Assembly: GCA_007132095.1 (NCBI GenBank)
Contig: SLPH01000015.1
Coordinates: 221 to 64,220 of the forward strand
Direction of reading: 5' to 3'
Length of the DNA: 64,000 bases
Origin: Syntrophomonadaceae bacterium
GTDB taxonomy: Bacteria > Bacillota > Dethiobacteria > DTU022
The notes under the pieces are model-generated. The model saw only the letters and a list, made by a program, of their open reading frames with translations. It searched no databases and was not told the DNA's origin. Within the stretch, counting starts at the first letter, position 1. Every line of letters starts with the position of its first letter. Made by a program: the position numbers and the translations under genes. Positions 1-9,498 of the stretch are shown here, piece after piece.

Positions 1-146
1 GCTGTGTTCAGGCTGTAGAGGCTCCGGTATCTCCAGGTCAACAGTTCTATGGGGTTGCCGACCCACGCAGGGACGGCGATGCAATGGGCCCACGGACCAT
101 TACTGAGGGCCTGAAGCCTCCTTTAAGGGAAGGGTAGCTGAAAAAC

Positions 147-1412
147 TTAATTGCCTGCGACGGCCTCAATTTCGAAAAGCAAACGGTCAATTTCTGCTTC
201 AGTATTGTAGGGAGACAGGCCAATTCTGATCAACCCGCCTTTATCGGCCAGCCCCAGCCGCTCAACTAAACGCAGGGCGTAAAAGTGGCCGTTCCAGGCA
301 AAAATACCTTTTTCGCCAAGTATTTCGGTAACCCTGTCGGGAGAAATTCCTTCCACGGTAAATGAGACGGTAGATGTGCGCGGCTGTCCGGCCGGGGGAG
401 CATATACCCTGACCCCTTTTATGGCTGCAAGATGTTTAAGCAGTTTATCGGCGAGCGGCTGTTCGTATTTCTCCAGCACTTGCATGCCGGCCAGTATTTT
501 CTCCCGCCTGTCGGGGCAGTTATGCCCGCCGGGATTGCTGACGCAGCTTATGGCCCCGAAGCGGTCTCCGATATCGGCGATGAATTCAACCGCCTCCGCA
601 GCTCCGGCGATGCCTTCGTGGTTAAGCGTGCCGGTCTCTATCCGGTGCGGTATCCCATCCAACTGAACCTGCAACCTGTAAGAGGGCAGGGCGGAGAATG
701 GCTCACGTTTTCCATAGAGCACCCCGATATGGGGGCCGAAGAACTTGTAAGCGGAACAGATCAGGTAATCTACGCCAATAGCTTTAACGTCGATCGGACC
801 ATGGAGGGCGTAGTGAACGGCATCAACGACACTAATTGCCCCAGCTTCTTTCGTTAAACGGGCCATCTCGCCAACATCGCTTATCGTTCCAACGGCGTTG
901 GAAGCGTAGTTGAAGGCGGCTACCAGGGTGTTTTCGCTTAACTTTGCCTTAAAATCTTCAAGGTCGAGAGTGCAGCTTTCCGGATCAAAACGCGCCTCCC
1001 GGATAATGAAACCTTTTTCCTCTAAGGCCTGCCAGGGTCCCCGGTTTGCCTCGTGATCGATTTCAGTTATTATAATTTCGTTGCGCCTGCCCGGGAAGCG
1101 GCCAAGCGCAAGGGCAAGCTGGTAGATCAGGGTGGTGGTGTTCTGGCCAAAGGCGATTTCATCCGCTTCTGAACCGAGAAAATCGGCCAGCGCACAGCGG
1201 GCTCCGGCTATAATTTGATCGCTTTCCTGGCTGGTCTTAAAATAACCGCCGGCATTGGCATTGCAATTCGACAGGTAGCTAACCATCGCTTCGATTACTC
1301 TCTCGGGCACCTGCGTGCCGCCCGGACCGTCAAAATATGCGGCCGGGTGGCCGTTCACGGTTACTTTAAGCGCCGGAAACTGATTCCTGATATATTCCAC
1401 GTCGTATTGCAT
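147..1412 (-). CDS. Class V aminotransferase-fold PLP enzyme (cysteine desulfurase / selenocysteine lyase-like)
   Basis: 421-aa ORF. The SAYKFFGPHIG region places the PLP-lysine in a class-V fold, and the N-terminal DGPGGTQVP and overall layout are typical of the family. I cannot confirm a SufS-type active-site Cys loop. Confidence 0.7.
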   Translation of the reverse strand: MQYDVEYIRNQFPALKVTVNGHPAAYFDGPGGTQVPERVIEAMVSYLSNCNANAGGYFKTSQESDQIIAGARCALADFLGSEADEIAFGQNTTTLIYQLALALGRFPGRRNEIIITEIDHEANRGPWQALEEKGFIIREARFDPESCTLDLEDFKAKLSENTLVAAFNYASNAVGTISDVGEMARLTKEAGAISVVDAVHYALHGPIDVKAIGVDYLICSAYKFFGPHIGVLYGKREPFSALPSYRLQVQLDGIPHRIETGTLNHEGIAGAAEAVEFIADIGDRFGAISCVSNPGGHNCPDRREKILAGMQVLEKYEQPLADKLLKHLAAIKGVRVYAPPAGQPRTSTVSFTVEGISPDRVTEILGEKGIFAWNGHFYALRLVERLGLADKGGLIRIGLSPYNTEAEIDRLLFEIEAVAGN

Positions 1413-1666
1413 GTGTCAAACCTACTTTCCAAAGGATGATTATTTTGCAGTCGGTTAGCTTTATCGATAAGGCTTTTACAATGTTTCCACATCCTGGTGC
1501 TAAATCCTTTATAGCCGCAATGATCTTGTTCCGGGCACTATAAAACCGGCATTATAGCAACTGACTCCTTATTGACTCCATAGTAGATATTTTTGTAAAA
1601 TATTGATTAAAGAGAGCAAATGCTGTAATATTAGGACAACTATTAGCGTTCCGGGGAGGTTATGAA

Positions 1667-2581
1667 GTGGAAGAGGTCAGGTTTGACGGAAAAGTTGCGG
1701 TGGTTACAGGTGCGGGAGGGGGGCTGGGCAAAGCATACGCTTTGCTTTTGGCAGCCCGGGGAGCAAAAGTGGTGGTTAACGACCTGGGAGGAAGTTTCGA
1801 TGGCGAGGGCAGCGATGCTACGCCGGCCCAGGCGGTAGTTGACCAGATCAAAGCTGAAGGCGGTGAAGCGCTGGCCAACTACGATAGCGTAGCAGAGTGG
1901 GAAAGCGCCAGGGGCATCATTCAGACAGCTTTTGACAGTTACGGCAGGATTGATATTTTAATTAACAACGCCGGTATCCTGCGCGATAAAAGCCTGCTGA
2001 AAATGGAGCTGGAAGATTACCACAAAATAATGCAGGTCCACCTTGATGGAACATTTTATTGCACAAAAGCGGCTTTTGCTTACATGAAAGAGCAGTCATA
2101 CGGCAGGATAGTATCAACTGCATCGGCAGCCGGCCTTTACGGCAATTTTGGCCAGGTTAATTACGGGGCGGCGAAAATGGGCATAGTGGGGATGATGAAC
2201 TGCGTTGCCCAGGAGGGCGCCCGATACAATATTAAGGCCAATACTATTGTGCCGACGGCGGGAACGCGGCTAACTTTCACGGTCATGCCCGAAGAGATGA
2301 TTGGCAGGGTCAAACCTGAATACGTCGCTCCCCTGGTAGCCTGGATCTGTTCCGAACAATGTAACGAGACGGCTACAATGTTTAGCGCCGGCGGCGGTTA
2401 TTACAGCCGTGCAGCTATCGTGGAAGGGCAGGGGGTTGTTTTTGACCCTTCCGGTGAGATTAGCATCGAAATGATTGCCGGAAAAATGGACCAGATCCTG
2501 AGCCTGGAAAGCGCGGTTGAATACGCTTCGGCCATGGAACAGGCCGGAACAGTGCTTTCCAAAACCAATTCTGGAAGCTGA
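1667..2581 (+). CDS. Short-chain dehydrogenase, MFE-2 / 17beta-HSD4-type (3R)-hydroxyacyl-CoA dehydrogenase
   Basis: GTG start. Rossmann motif VAVVTGAGGGLGKAYALLLAARGAKVVVNDLGG, then NNAGILRD and a YxxxK context. The N-terminal layout matches the dehydrogenase domain of D-bifunctional protein. Confidence 0.75.
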   Translation: MEEVRFDGKVAVVTGAGGGLGKAYALLLAARGAKVVVNDLGGSFDGEGSDATPAQAVVDQIKAEGGEALANYDSVAEWESARGIIQTAFDSYGRIDILINNAGILRDKSLLKMELEDYHKIMQVHLDGTFYCTKAAFAYMKEQSYGRIVSTASAAGLYGNFGQVNYGAAKMGIVGMMNCVAQEGARYNIKANTIVPTAGTRLTFTVMPEEMIGRVKPEYVAPLVAWICSEQCNETATMFSAGGGYYSRAAIVEGQGVVFDPSGEISIEMIAGKMDQILSLESAVEYASAMEQAGTVLSKTNSGS

Positions 2582-2592
2582 AAAGGGGTGAC

Positions 2593-3447
2593 ATGATGCC
2601 AATAGATCCGGGTTTAGTAGGCCGCGAACTGCCTTCACTGGAATACAGTTACAACAGCAAAGATGTTATCCTCTATGCCCTGGGTATTGGGGCCGGGTCG
2701 AAACCCGTTGATTTGACCTTTCTTTACGAAGGTGATTTAAAGGTATTGCCTACCTTCGGGGTTATCCCGCCTTTTCCCGCTTTAACCGGGATCATCGGGC
2801 TGGAAGGGATGGATTTTAACCCGGCCATGCTGTTGCACGGAGAGCAGTATCTCGAGCTGTTTGGCCCTATACCGGAGCAGGGAAAGGTTAAATCATACCC
2901 GCGTATTTCCGCCATCTACGACAAAGGCAAGGGAGCGCTGGTGGAAATTGAGGTGACAACAAGAGATAGCAAGGAAAAGCCGCTCTTTTTAAATCGCTTC
3001 AGCGTCTTTATCCGCGGAGAAGGCGGTTTCGGGGGCGAAAAGGGTCCGGAACCCGGTTTTGAACCGCCTGACAGGGCTGCAGACCGGGTGGCATCCATGC
3101 CAACCCTGCCTCAGCAGGCATTGCTCTACAGGCTGAGCGGTGACTTTAACCCATTGCATGCCGATCCCCAATTTGCCGCCATGGCGGGCTTTGATATGCC
3201 GATCCTGCATGGGCTATGCACTTTCGGTTTCGCCGGACGGGCAGTTTTAGATGAGTTTTGCAACGGCGATCCGGCCCTCTTCAAGGCGATAAAGGTCCGT
3301 TTTTCCCGCCATGTTTATCCCGGTGAAACTATTGTCACTGAAATGTGGCAGGACCAACCCGACCTGGTTATCCTGCGTTCGAAAACAGTAGAAAGGGGCG
3401 AATACTGTTTGACTAACGCCGCTGTCTGGCTTAAAAGCCAATTATAA
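2593..3447 (+). CDS. MaoC-like (R)-specific enoyl-CoA hydratase (hydratase-2 domain, double hot-dog)
   Basis: 284 aa, the length of a double hot-dog. The NPLHADPQFA motif is characteristic of hydratase-2. It sits 11 nt downstream of the SDR gene. Confidence 0.75.
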   Translation: MMPIDPGLVGRELPSLEYSYNSKDVILYALGIGAGSKPVDLTFLYEGDLKVLPTFGVIPPFPALTGIIGLEGMDFNPAMLLHGEQYLELFGPIPEQGKVKSYPRISAIYDKGKGALVEIEVTTRDSKEKPLFLNRFSVFIRGEGGFGGEKGPEPGFEPPDRAADRVASMPTLPQQALLYRLSGDFNPLHADPQFAAMAGFDMPILHGLCTFGFAGRAVLDEFCNGDPALFKAIKVRFSRHVYPGETIVTEMWQDQPDLVILRSKTVERGEYCLTNAAVWLKSQL

Positions 3448-3466
3448 ATCGGAGGGGTGATAGAAT

Positions 3467-4933
3467 TTGCTGGGAATTAAATCGTACGCGGGATATATAC
3501 CCCGCTATCGCTTGAACCGGATGACAATCTTTAGCTCCATGGGTTGGCTGAACCCGGCTATAATTATGAATGCGGCCGGTGAAAAATCCGTAGCCAATTA
3601 CGACGAAGATTCTGTAACCATGGCTGCTGCGGCCGGCCAGCGCTGCCTTGAAGGGATCGGGCCGGCGCAGGTTGGTGCGCTCTATTATGCTTCGACTACT
3701 TCTCCGTTCCGGGAACGTTCGGCTGCCAATATTGTATCGGCTGCGCTTGGCATTGAGGAAAATGTTCGAAGCGCCGATTTTGGCAGCTCAGCCAAGGCGG
3801 GGACAACCGCCCTCATAAGCGCGATCGAATTTTGCGCCGCTAACCCGGATTTGTCGGCGCTTGCCGCAGCCGCAGACTGCAGAATTGGTAAAGTCGGTTC
3901 TGTCCAGGAGATGGTCTTTGGCGATGCCGGAGCGGCTGTGATGGTAGGCAGTGATGACGTCATAGCCGAGTTTGACGGCTCCTATTCGGTTTCCTGCGAC
4001 TTTGTTGATCATCTGAGGGGATCAGAGAGCAGATATGATCGGCAGTGGGAGGAACGCTGGATCCGCGATCTTGGCTACGAGCGGATCATTCCCGAAGCAA
4101 TTCAGGCTTACCTGGACAAGTATGGCAGCAGGATTGAAGATTATACGAAGATTATCTACCCCTGTTACTACGGCGCGGCCAGAAAGAACATCAACCGCAA
4201 GCTTGGACTTAACCCGGCCCAGCTGCAGGATGACCTGATGATGGAATGCGGCGACAGCGGGTCTGCTCACCCCCTGTTGCTGCTGGCCGGCGCGCTTGAA
4301 AATGCATCTTCCGGCGATAAGCTGATGGTAATTGGGTTCGGTTATGGCTGTGATATCCTCGGTTTTACGGTTACAGAAGCTATAGATCATTATAAGGATA
4401 GACTGAGAGTTTCAGATTCTATTAAAAGAGAGGCCGAATTGGATAGCTTCACCAAGTACCTGGCCTGGCGCGACATGCTCCCCGTTGAGGTGGGCTTGCG
4501 CGGCGAGGAAGATAAAATAACCCGCTGGTCCATGGTCTGGCGCAACCGGGGCGCGATCCTGGGCTTAAAAGGGACTGTTTGCCTGGCCTGCGGAACCAGG
4601 CAGTACCCGCCGCAGCGTATTTGCGTAAACCCTGACTGCGGCGCCATTGACCAGATGGAACCATTCCGCTTTGCTGATCAGGGAGGTAAAGTTGTCAGTT
4701 TCACCTCTGACATGCTGGCCGCGACCATCAATCCTCCCGCTATTTACGGCAACATCGATTTTAACGGCGGAGGGCGCTGCATGATGGACTTTACCGATTG
4801 CGCCATGGAAGATCTGGAGGTTGGAAAAGCGGTAAAATTTACATTCAGGGTTAAGTATTATGACCGGCGGCGGGATACTACTTTCTACTTTTGGAAAGCG
4901 GTCCCGGCAGAGGAGGTGCCTGTAAATGGCTGA
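3467..4933 (+). CDS. HMG-CoA synthase / FabH-like condensing-enzyme fold fused to a C-terminal DUF35 zinc-ribbon + OB-fold domain
   Basis: TTG start after GGAGGGG. The N-terminal ~350 aa look thiolase/HMGCS-like. The C-terminus has a CLACGTRQYPPQRICVNPDCG zinc ribbon followed by a beta-rich OB-fold-like tail, which matches DUF35. The gene overlaps the next thiolase gene by 8 nt. Confidence 0.65.
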   Translation: MLGIKSYAGYIPRYRLNRMTIFSSMGWLNPAIIMNAAGEKSVANYDEDSVTMAAAAGQRCLEGIGPAQVGALYYASTTSPFRERSAANIVSAALGIEENVRSADFGSSAKAGTTALISAIEFCAANPDLSALAAAADCRIGKVGSVQEMVFGDAGAAVMVGSDDVIAEFDGSYSVSCDFVDHLRGSESRYDRQWEERWIRDLGYERIIPEAIQAYLDKYGSRIEDYTKIIYPCYYGAARKNINRKLGLNPAQLQDDLMMECGDSGSAHPLLLLAGALENASSGDKLMVIGFGYGCDILGFTVTEAIDHYKDRLRVSDSIKREAELDSFTKYLAWRDMLPVEVGLRGEEDKITRWSMVWRNRGAILGLKGTVCLACGTRQYPPQRICVNPDCGAIDQMEPFRFADQGGKVVSFTSDMLAATINPPAIYGNIDFNGGGRCMMDFTDCAMEDLEVGKAVKFTFRVKYYDRRRDTTFYFWKAVPAEEVPVNG

Positions 4934-6131
4934 TGGAATCAGGGATAAAGTGGCAATCCTTGGTATGGGTTGTTCCAGGTTTGGCGAGCGCTGGGAGGAC
5001 GATTCTTCCGATCTGATTATCGAAGCCTTCAGGGAATGCCTTGAAGATGCCGGAATTGAGAAAAACGAGGTTCAGGCGGCCTGGATCGGCAATCATATCG
5101 ATCAGGTTAATATTGGCAAAGGCGGGTGCTACCTGGGCAGCACGCTTCATCTTCCCTTTATTCCTATCACCAGGGTGGAAAATTTCTGCGCTTCAGGGAC
5201 AGAAGCTTTTCGCGGAGCTTGCTATGCCGTAGCTTCCGGAGCCTATGACATTGTTCTGGCCGCCGGCGTGGAAAAGCTGAAGGATGTGGGCTATGGCGGC
5301 CTGCCCGATGATCCAATTTTTGGCCAGCTCTACAGGCTGCTTGGTCCCAATGCGACCGCTCCGGGTCTTTTTGCCCAGCTGGCTACCGCTTATTCGGCCC
5401 GTTACGGTGTCCCGATGGAAAAGATTAAGCAGGCTCTTACGCATATTTCCTGGAAAAGCCACCAGAACGGGGCTATGAATCCGCGTGCCCACCTGCGAAA
5501 GGAAATCAGCGAAACCCAGATTGCCGATTCTCCTTTTGTCGCTTATCCCCTGGGCCTTTTTGACTGCTGCGGAGTCAGCGACGGGGCGGCCATGGCCATT
5601 GTAACAACCCCGGAAATTGCATCCCGGCTGAAACCGGGTCAGGACCAGGTTCGGGTCAAAGCTCTGCAGATTGCCGTTAGCTCCGGCGAAGAGCTGATCT
5701 ATAACCGCTGGGACGGAAGTAGTTTTATGACCACGCAGCATGCTGCCAGGAGGGCATATGCAGAAGCGGGGATCAGTAACCCCCGCGAAGAAATTGGCAT
5801 GATGGAAGTGCATGATTGCTTCTCAATTACGGAAATGGTTACCATGGAAGACCTGCAGGTATCGCCTCCCGGCCAGGCTCCGGATGACATTCTGGGCGGG
5901 TTCTTTGATCTTGACGGCCAGATACCGTGCCAGCCTGACGGCGGCCTTAAATGTTTTGGTCATCCCATCGGCGCTTCGGGCCTGCGCATGATCTTCGAGG
6001 TCTATAACCAGCTGCTCAGGCGCTGGCCGGAGGAAAGGCTGGTAAAAGAACCTAAGCTTGGCTTAACCCACAACCTGGGCGGGGTCCCTTCGCAAAATGT
6101 ATGCAGTATCGGAATCTTTGGTTTAAACTAA
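4926..6131 (+). CDS. SCP-x type (nonspecific lipid-transfer protein-like) thiolase
   Basis: N-terminus VAILGMGCSRFGERW is typical of SCPx/DitF-type thiolases, and a [11 protein letters not shown] motif lies near the C-terminus. 401 aa. Confidence 0.75.
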   Translation: MADGIRDKVAILGMGCSRFGERWEDDSSDLIIEAFRECLEDAGIEKNEVQAAWIGNHIDQVNIGKGGCYLGSTLHLPFIPITRVENFCASGTEAFRGACYAVASGAYDIVLAAGVEKLKDVGYGGLPDDPIFGQLYRLLGPNATAPGLFAQLATAYSARYGVPMEKIKQALTHISWKSHQNGAMNPRAHLRKEISETQIADSPFVAYPLGLFDCCGVSDGAAMAIVTTPEIASRLKPGQDQVRVKALQIAVSSGEELIYNRWDGSSFMTTQHAARRAYAEAGISNPREEIGMMEVHDCFSITEMVTMEDLQVSPPGQAPDDILGGFFDLDGQIPCQPDGGLKCFGHPIGASGLRMIFEVYNQLLRRWPEERLVKEPKLGLTHNLGGVPSQNVCSIGIFGLN

Positions 6132-6158
6132 ACCGGGCGGAAAGAGAATATGATCCAT

Positions 6159-6200
6159 GCGGGCCGGGAGAACGGTTACCCGGCCCGCTATATTTGTGAT
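6159..6200 (+). terminator. Rho-independent terminator after the thiolase gene
   Basis: Perfect 10-bp stem gcgggccggg / cccggcccgc with a 10-nt loop, then a T-rich tail (tatatttgtgat). Confidence 0.5.
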
Positions 6201-6383
6201 CTAAATTTCTTTTCTTATATCTTCCGGAGGAAAATGCGCCCTGTTAAGCGAATAATGTTTAATCAACCAAAGAAGATACTTCAGGCCTTGCAGTCATCAT
6301 AGATACCCCAATTTACGGGAAACCAGGTTTAATCGCCTGGTAAACCCCGCATTATGGGTAGTTATGTTTAAGGAGGGGAAATA

Positions 6384-7403
6384 GTGGGGAACACTTATCA
6401 ACCGGTGGAGCGTGCCGTATCTTATCAACCCGCCGGAGAAGGCAAAATATTTACCGATCCCGACGCAGATAAGGCCAGGGAATATTTTTATCACGAAAAG
6501 CCCCGTAAAATGGTGTCCAAAGAGACATCGGTAAAAGAAGCGGTATCAGCGCTGGTGAAAGATGGCGATTATATCGGGGTGGGCGGTTTTGGGGCAAACC
6601 GGATCCCCACAGCAATACTGCATGAAATTGTGCGTCAAAACAAAAAAAACCTGGGCCTGGCCGGACATACGGCAACCCATGACTTTCAGATCCTGGTAGC
6701 AGGCAACTGCATCAATCGTTGTGACATTGCCTATATCGTCGGGTTGGAAGCACGCGGGTTGTCGAAAATGGCCCGCCGGGCTGTCGAAAGCGGAGCGATA
6801 GAGATAACGGAGTGGACTAATGCCGCTCTCGCCTGGAGGTATAAGGCAGCTTCCATGGGGGTCTCCTTTTTGCCGGTCCGCTGCATGCTGGGAACGGACA
6901 CGGCTAAATACAGCGCTGCCGTGAAGATGGAGTGCCCTTTCACCGGATCGGTTTATCTTGCTGTTCCCGCCCTTTACCCTGATCTAGCCATAATTCATGT
7001 CCACCGGGCTGACGTTTACGGCAACTGCCAGATTGACGGGATTATGGTTTCCGATTACGATTTAGCCAGAGCTGCCAAGCGCCTGATTGTGACCACGGAG
7101 CGCTTTGTGCCAAACGAAGTTATCAGGAGAGAACCGGCCCGCACTGCTATTCCCTACTATCTTGTCGATGCCGTAATAGAGGTGCCTTTTGGAAGCTATC
7201 CGGGCAACATGGCTTATGAATACTACAGCGACGAAGAACACCTGCGCCAGTGGCTCGATGCAGACGGCGACGATGAAAAATTGAAGGATTTCCTGGAAAA
7301 GCATCTGTATGGGGTTCCTGATTTTGAAGCCTACCTGCAGACAGTGGGCGGTTTGAAAAAACTGCAAAAATTGCGCTCTCTAGAAAACCTGGTCGAGAAA
7401 TAA
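6384..7403 (+). CDS. gctA: CoA-transferase subunit A (glutaconate / 3-oxoacid CoA-transferase family I)
   Basis: GTG start 7 nt after AAGGAGGGG. GVGGFGANRIPTAILHEIVRQ is typical of GctA/AtoD-like alpha subunits. A B subunit follows. Confidence 0.7.
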   Translation: MGNTYQPVERAVSYQPAGEGKIFTDPDADKAREYFYHEKPRKMVSKETSVKEAVSALVKDGDYIGVGGFGANRIPTAILHEIVRQNKKNLGLAGHTATHDFQILVAGNCINRCDIAYIVGLEARGLSKMARRAVESGAIEITEWTNAALAWRYKAASMGVSFLPVRCMLGTDTAKYSAAVKMECPFTGSVYLAVPALYPDLAIIHVHRADVYGNCQIDGIMVSDYDLARAAKRLIVTTERFVPNEVIRREPARTAIPYYLVDAVIEVPFGSYPGNMAYEYYSDEEHLRQWLDADGDDEKLKDFLEKHLYGVPDFEAYLQTVGGLKKLQKLRSLENLVEK

Positions 7404-7469
7404 AAGAGCCGGATCAGCATTCTCCCGGCATATTTATTTGTCTGGCCTGATAGGAATGGGGTTTATATT

Positions 7470-8252
7470 GTGAGCAGCTACAACAAAATGGAGCTGATGA
7501 TCTGTCTCGCTTCCCGCTACCTTGAAGACGACAGCATCGTTGTGGTCGGAACAGGTGCTCCCTGCGCGGCGGCGATGCTGGCCCAAAAAATGTATTCTCC
7601 CCGGCTGATGATTATGTTCGAGGCGGGAGGTATAGGGCCGCTGCTGCCTTCAATGCCCATATCGGTTGGCGACTCGCGCACTTTCTACCGCGGTCTGGGC
7701 GCCAGCAGCATGCCCGAAATTATGGAAACCTGCCAGCGCGGCCTGGTCGACTACACTTTTTTAGGCGGGGCGCAGATCGATATGTATGGTAATATTAATT
7801 CGACTATGGTCGGAACTGATCACGCCCGCCCAAAAGTTCGCTTTCCAGGCAGCGGAGGGGCAAATGATCTGGCCTCCTTCTGCTGGAAAACGATGATGAT
7901 CACGCCGCAGGATAAGCGGCGTTTCACCGAAAAAATCGATTTTGTCACATCGCCGGGCTACCTTGACGGGCCCGGCGCCCGGGAAGCGGCAGGATTGCCG
8001 CCTGGCACCGGGCCGTATAAAGTTATAACCGACCTTTGCGTGATCGGATTTGATGGCGAGAGCAAGAGAATGAAGGTGGAAAATATTCACCCCGGGCTTG
8101 ATCGGGAAGTTATTGCTGAAAACACGGGGTTCGAACTGCTGTGGTCTGAAAACCTGGTTCAGAGTGAGCCCCCTACAGCTGCAGAACTGCAGTGCCTGAG
8201 GGAGGAAGTAGATCCATACCGCTATATTATCGGCCGCAGCGGTCCCGGTTAA
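7470..8252 (+). CDS. gctB: CoA-transferase subunit B
   Basis: 260 aa. The Gly-rich [12 protein letters not shown] segment is typical of the beta subunit. It sits directly after subunit A. Confidence 0.7.
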   Translation: MSSYNKMELMICLASRYLEDDSIVVVGTGAPCAAAMLAQKMYSPRLMIMFEAGGIGPLLPSMPISVGDSRTFYRGLGASSMPEIMETCQRGLVDYTFLGGAQIDMYGNINSTMVGTDHARPKVRFPGSGGANDLASFCWKTMMITPQDKRRFTEKIDFVTSPGYLDGPGAREAAGLPPGTGPYKVITDLCVIGFDGESKRMKVENIHPGLDREVIAENTGFELLWSENLVQSEPPTAAELQCLREEVDPYRYIIGRSGPG

Positions 8253-8295
8253 ACTTATACACCTGTATGCAACCTTAAAAAATGGAGGGATGTTG

Positions 8296-9477
8296 ATGAT
8301 AAAAGAAGCAGTAATCCTCAGCGCTGTCCGGACTGCCGTTGGCACCTATGGCGGGTCTTTAAAAGAGGTGAACGCGGCTGAACTGGGAGCCTTGACTATT
8401 AAAGAATCCCTGCAGCGGGCCGATATTGATCCGGCGATGGTTGATGAAGTGATGATGGGCTGTGTCCTGCAGGGAGGGGTAGGGCAGAACATAGCCAGGC
8501 AGGCGGCCTTAAAAGCGGGTTTGCCGGTGGAGGTCCCCTGCACTACGGTGAACAAGGTTTGCGGCTCCGGGTTAAAATGCATCACTGCCGCAGCTACCGA
8601 AATTATGGCCGGTGAAGCTGACCTGATTGTTGCCGGCGGGATGGAAAATATGAGCGCTTCACCTTACCTGCTTCAAAAAGCGCGCTGGGGGATGCGCATG
8701 GGCGATACCCCTGTTGTCGATATGATGATCAAAGATGGTCTCTGGTGTGCTTTCAACAACTATCACATGGGTATTACAGCAGAGAACCTGGCCGACCAGT
8801 TTGGTATTGGCAGGGAAGAACAGGATCTTTTTGCTTTCGAAAGCCAGGAAAAAGCGCGCAGGGCAATTGAAACCGGGCGTTTTGAAGACGAAATAGTCCC
8901 GGTAGAGATACCGCAGCGTAAAGGAGATCCACTTTATTTTAAAGTTGATGAACACCCTCGTTCAACGACGATGGAATCCCTGGGAGGGCTAAAACCTGCT
9001 TTTAAAAAAGATGGAACTGTTACTGCGGGAAACGCTTCCGGAATAAACGATAGCGCGGCTGCCCTGGTGGTAGCGAGCGCGGAAAAAGCAGAAGAGCTGG
9101 GTTTAAAACCCCTCTGCACCATCCGCAGCTTTGCCTCAGCCGGTGTTGATCCTTCCATCATGGGAACGGGCCCGATCCCTGCATCGCGCAAGGCGCTGAA
9201 AAAAGCGGGATGGTCTATTGGAGATCTTGATCTGGTTGAAGCGAACGAAGCTTTTGCTGTCCAGGCCCTGACTGTCATGAAAGAGCTGGGTCTTGATCCG
9301 GAAAAAACGAATGTAAACGGGGGAGCAATAGCGCTGGGGCACCCGATAGGGGCCAGTGGGGCCCGCATATTTGTCTCCCTGGTGCACGAAATGATCAAGC
9401 GCGGGGCCGGTAAAGGCCTGGCCACGCTTTGTATCGGCGGGGGGATGGGTATAGCCTGCGCCGTGGAAAGGGCATAG
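8296..9477 (+). CDS. Acetyl-CoA C-acetyltransferase (thiolase II)
   Basis: Canonical thiolase motifs: VCGSGLK with the active-site Cys, [18 protein letters not shown], and [10 protein letters not shown] chose the ATG 6 nt after GGAGGG rather than the SD-adjacent ATG at 8290. Confidence 0.85.
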   Translation: MIKEAVILSAVRTAVGTYGGSLKEVNAAELGALTIKESLQRADIDPAMVDEVMMGCVLQGGVGQNIARQAALKAGLPVEVPCTTVNKVCGSGLKCITAAATEIMAGEADLIVAGGMENMSASPYLLQKARWGMRMGDTPVVDMMIKDGLWCAFNNYHMGITAENLADQFGIGREEQDLFAFESQEKARRAIETGRFEDEIVPVEIPQRKGDPLYFKVDEHPRSTTMESLGGLKPAFKKDGTVTAGNASGINDSAAALVVASAEKAEELGLKPLCTIRSFASAGVDPSIMGTGPIPASRKALKKAGWSIGDLDLVEANEAFAVQALTVMKELGLDPEKTNVNGGAIALGHPIGASGARIFVSLVHEMIKRGAGKGLATLCIGGGMGIACAVERA

Positions 9478-9498
9478 TAAAGAAGGAGGTTGCATGCA

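Noticed and set aside
1-146. Possible gene end or structured element in the first 146 nt
   Set aside because: There is no ORF of useful length and no recognisable RNA motif. There is too little sequence at the window edge to call anything.
8290-9498. Track start codons ATG 8290 (thiolase) and TTG 9490 (OTCase)
   Set aside because: Both sit immediately after their Shine-Dalgarno sequences with zero spacing. Downstream in-frame ATGs at 8296 and 9499 have proper spacing.
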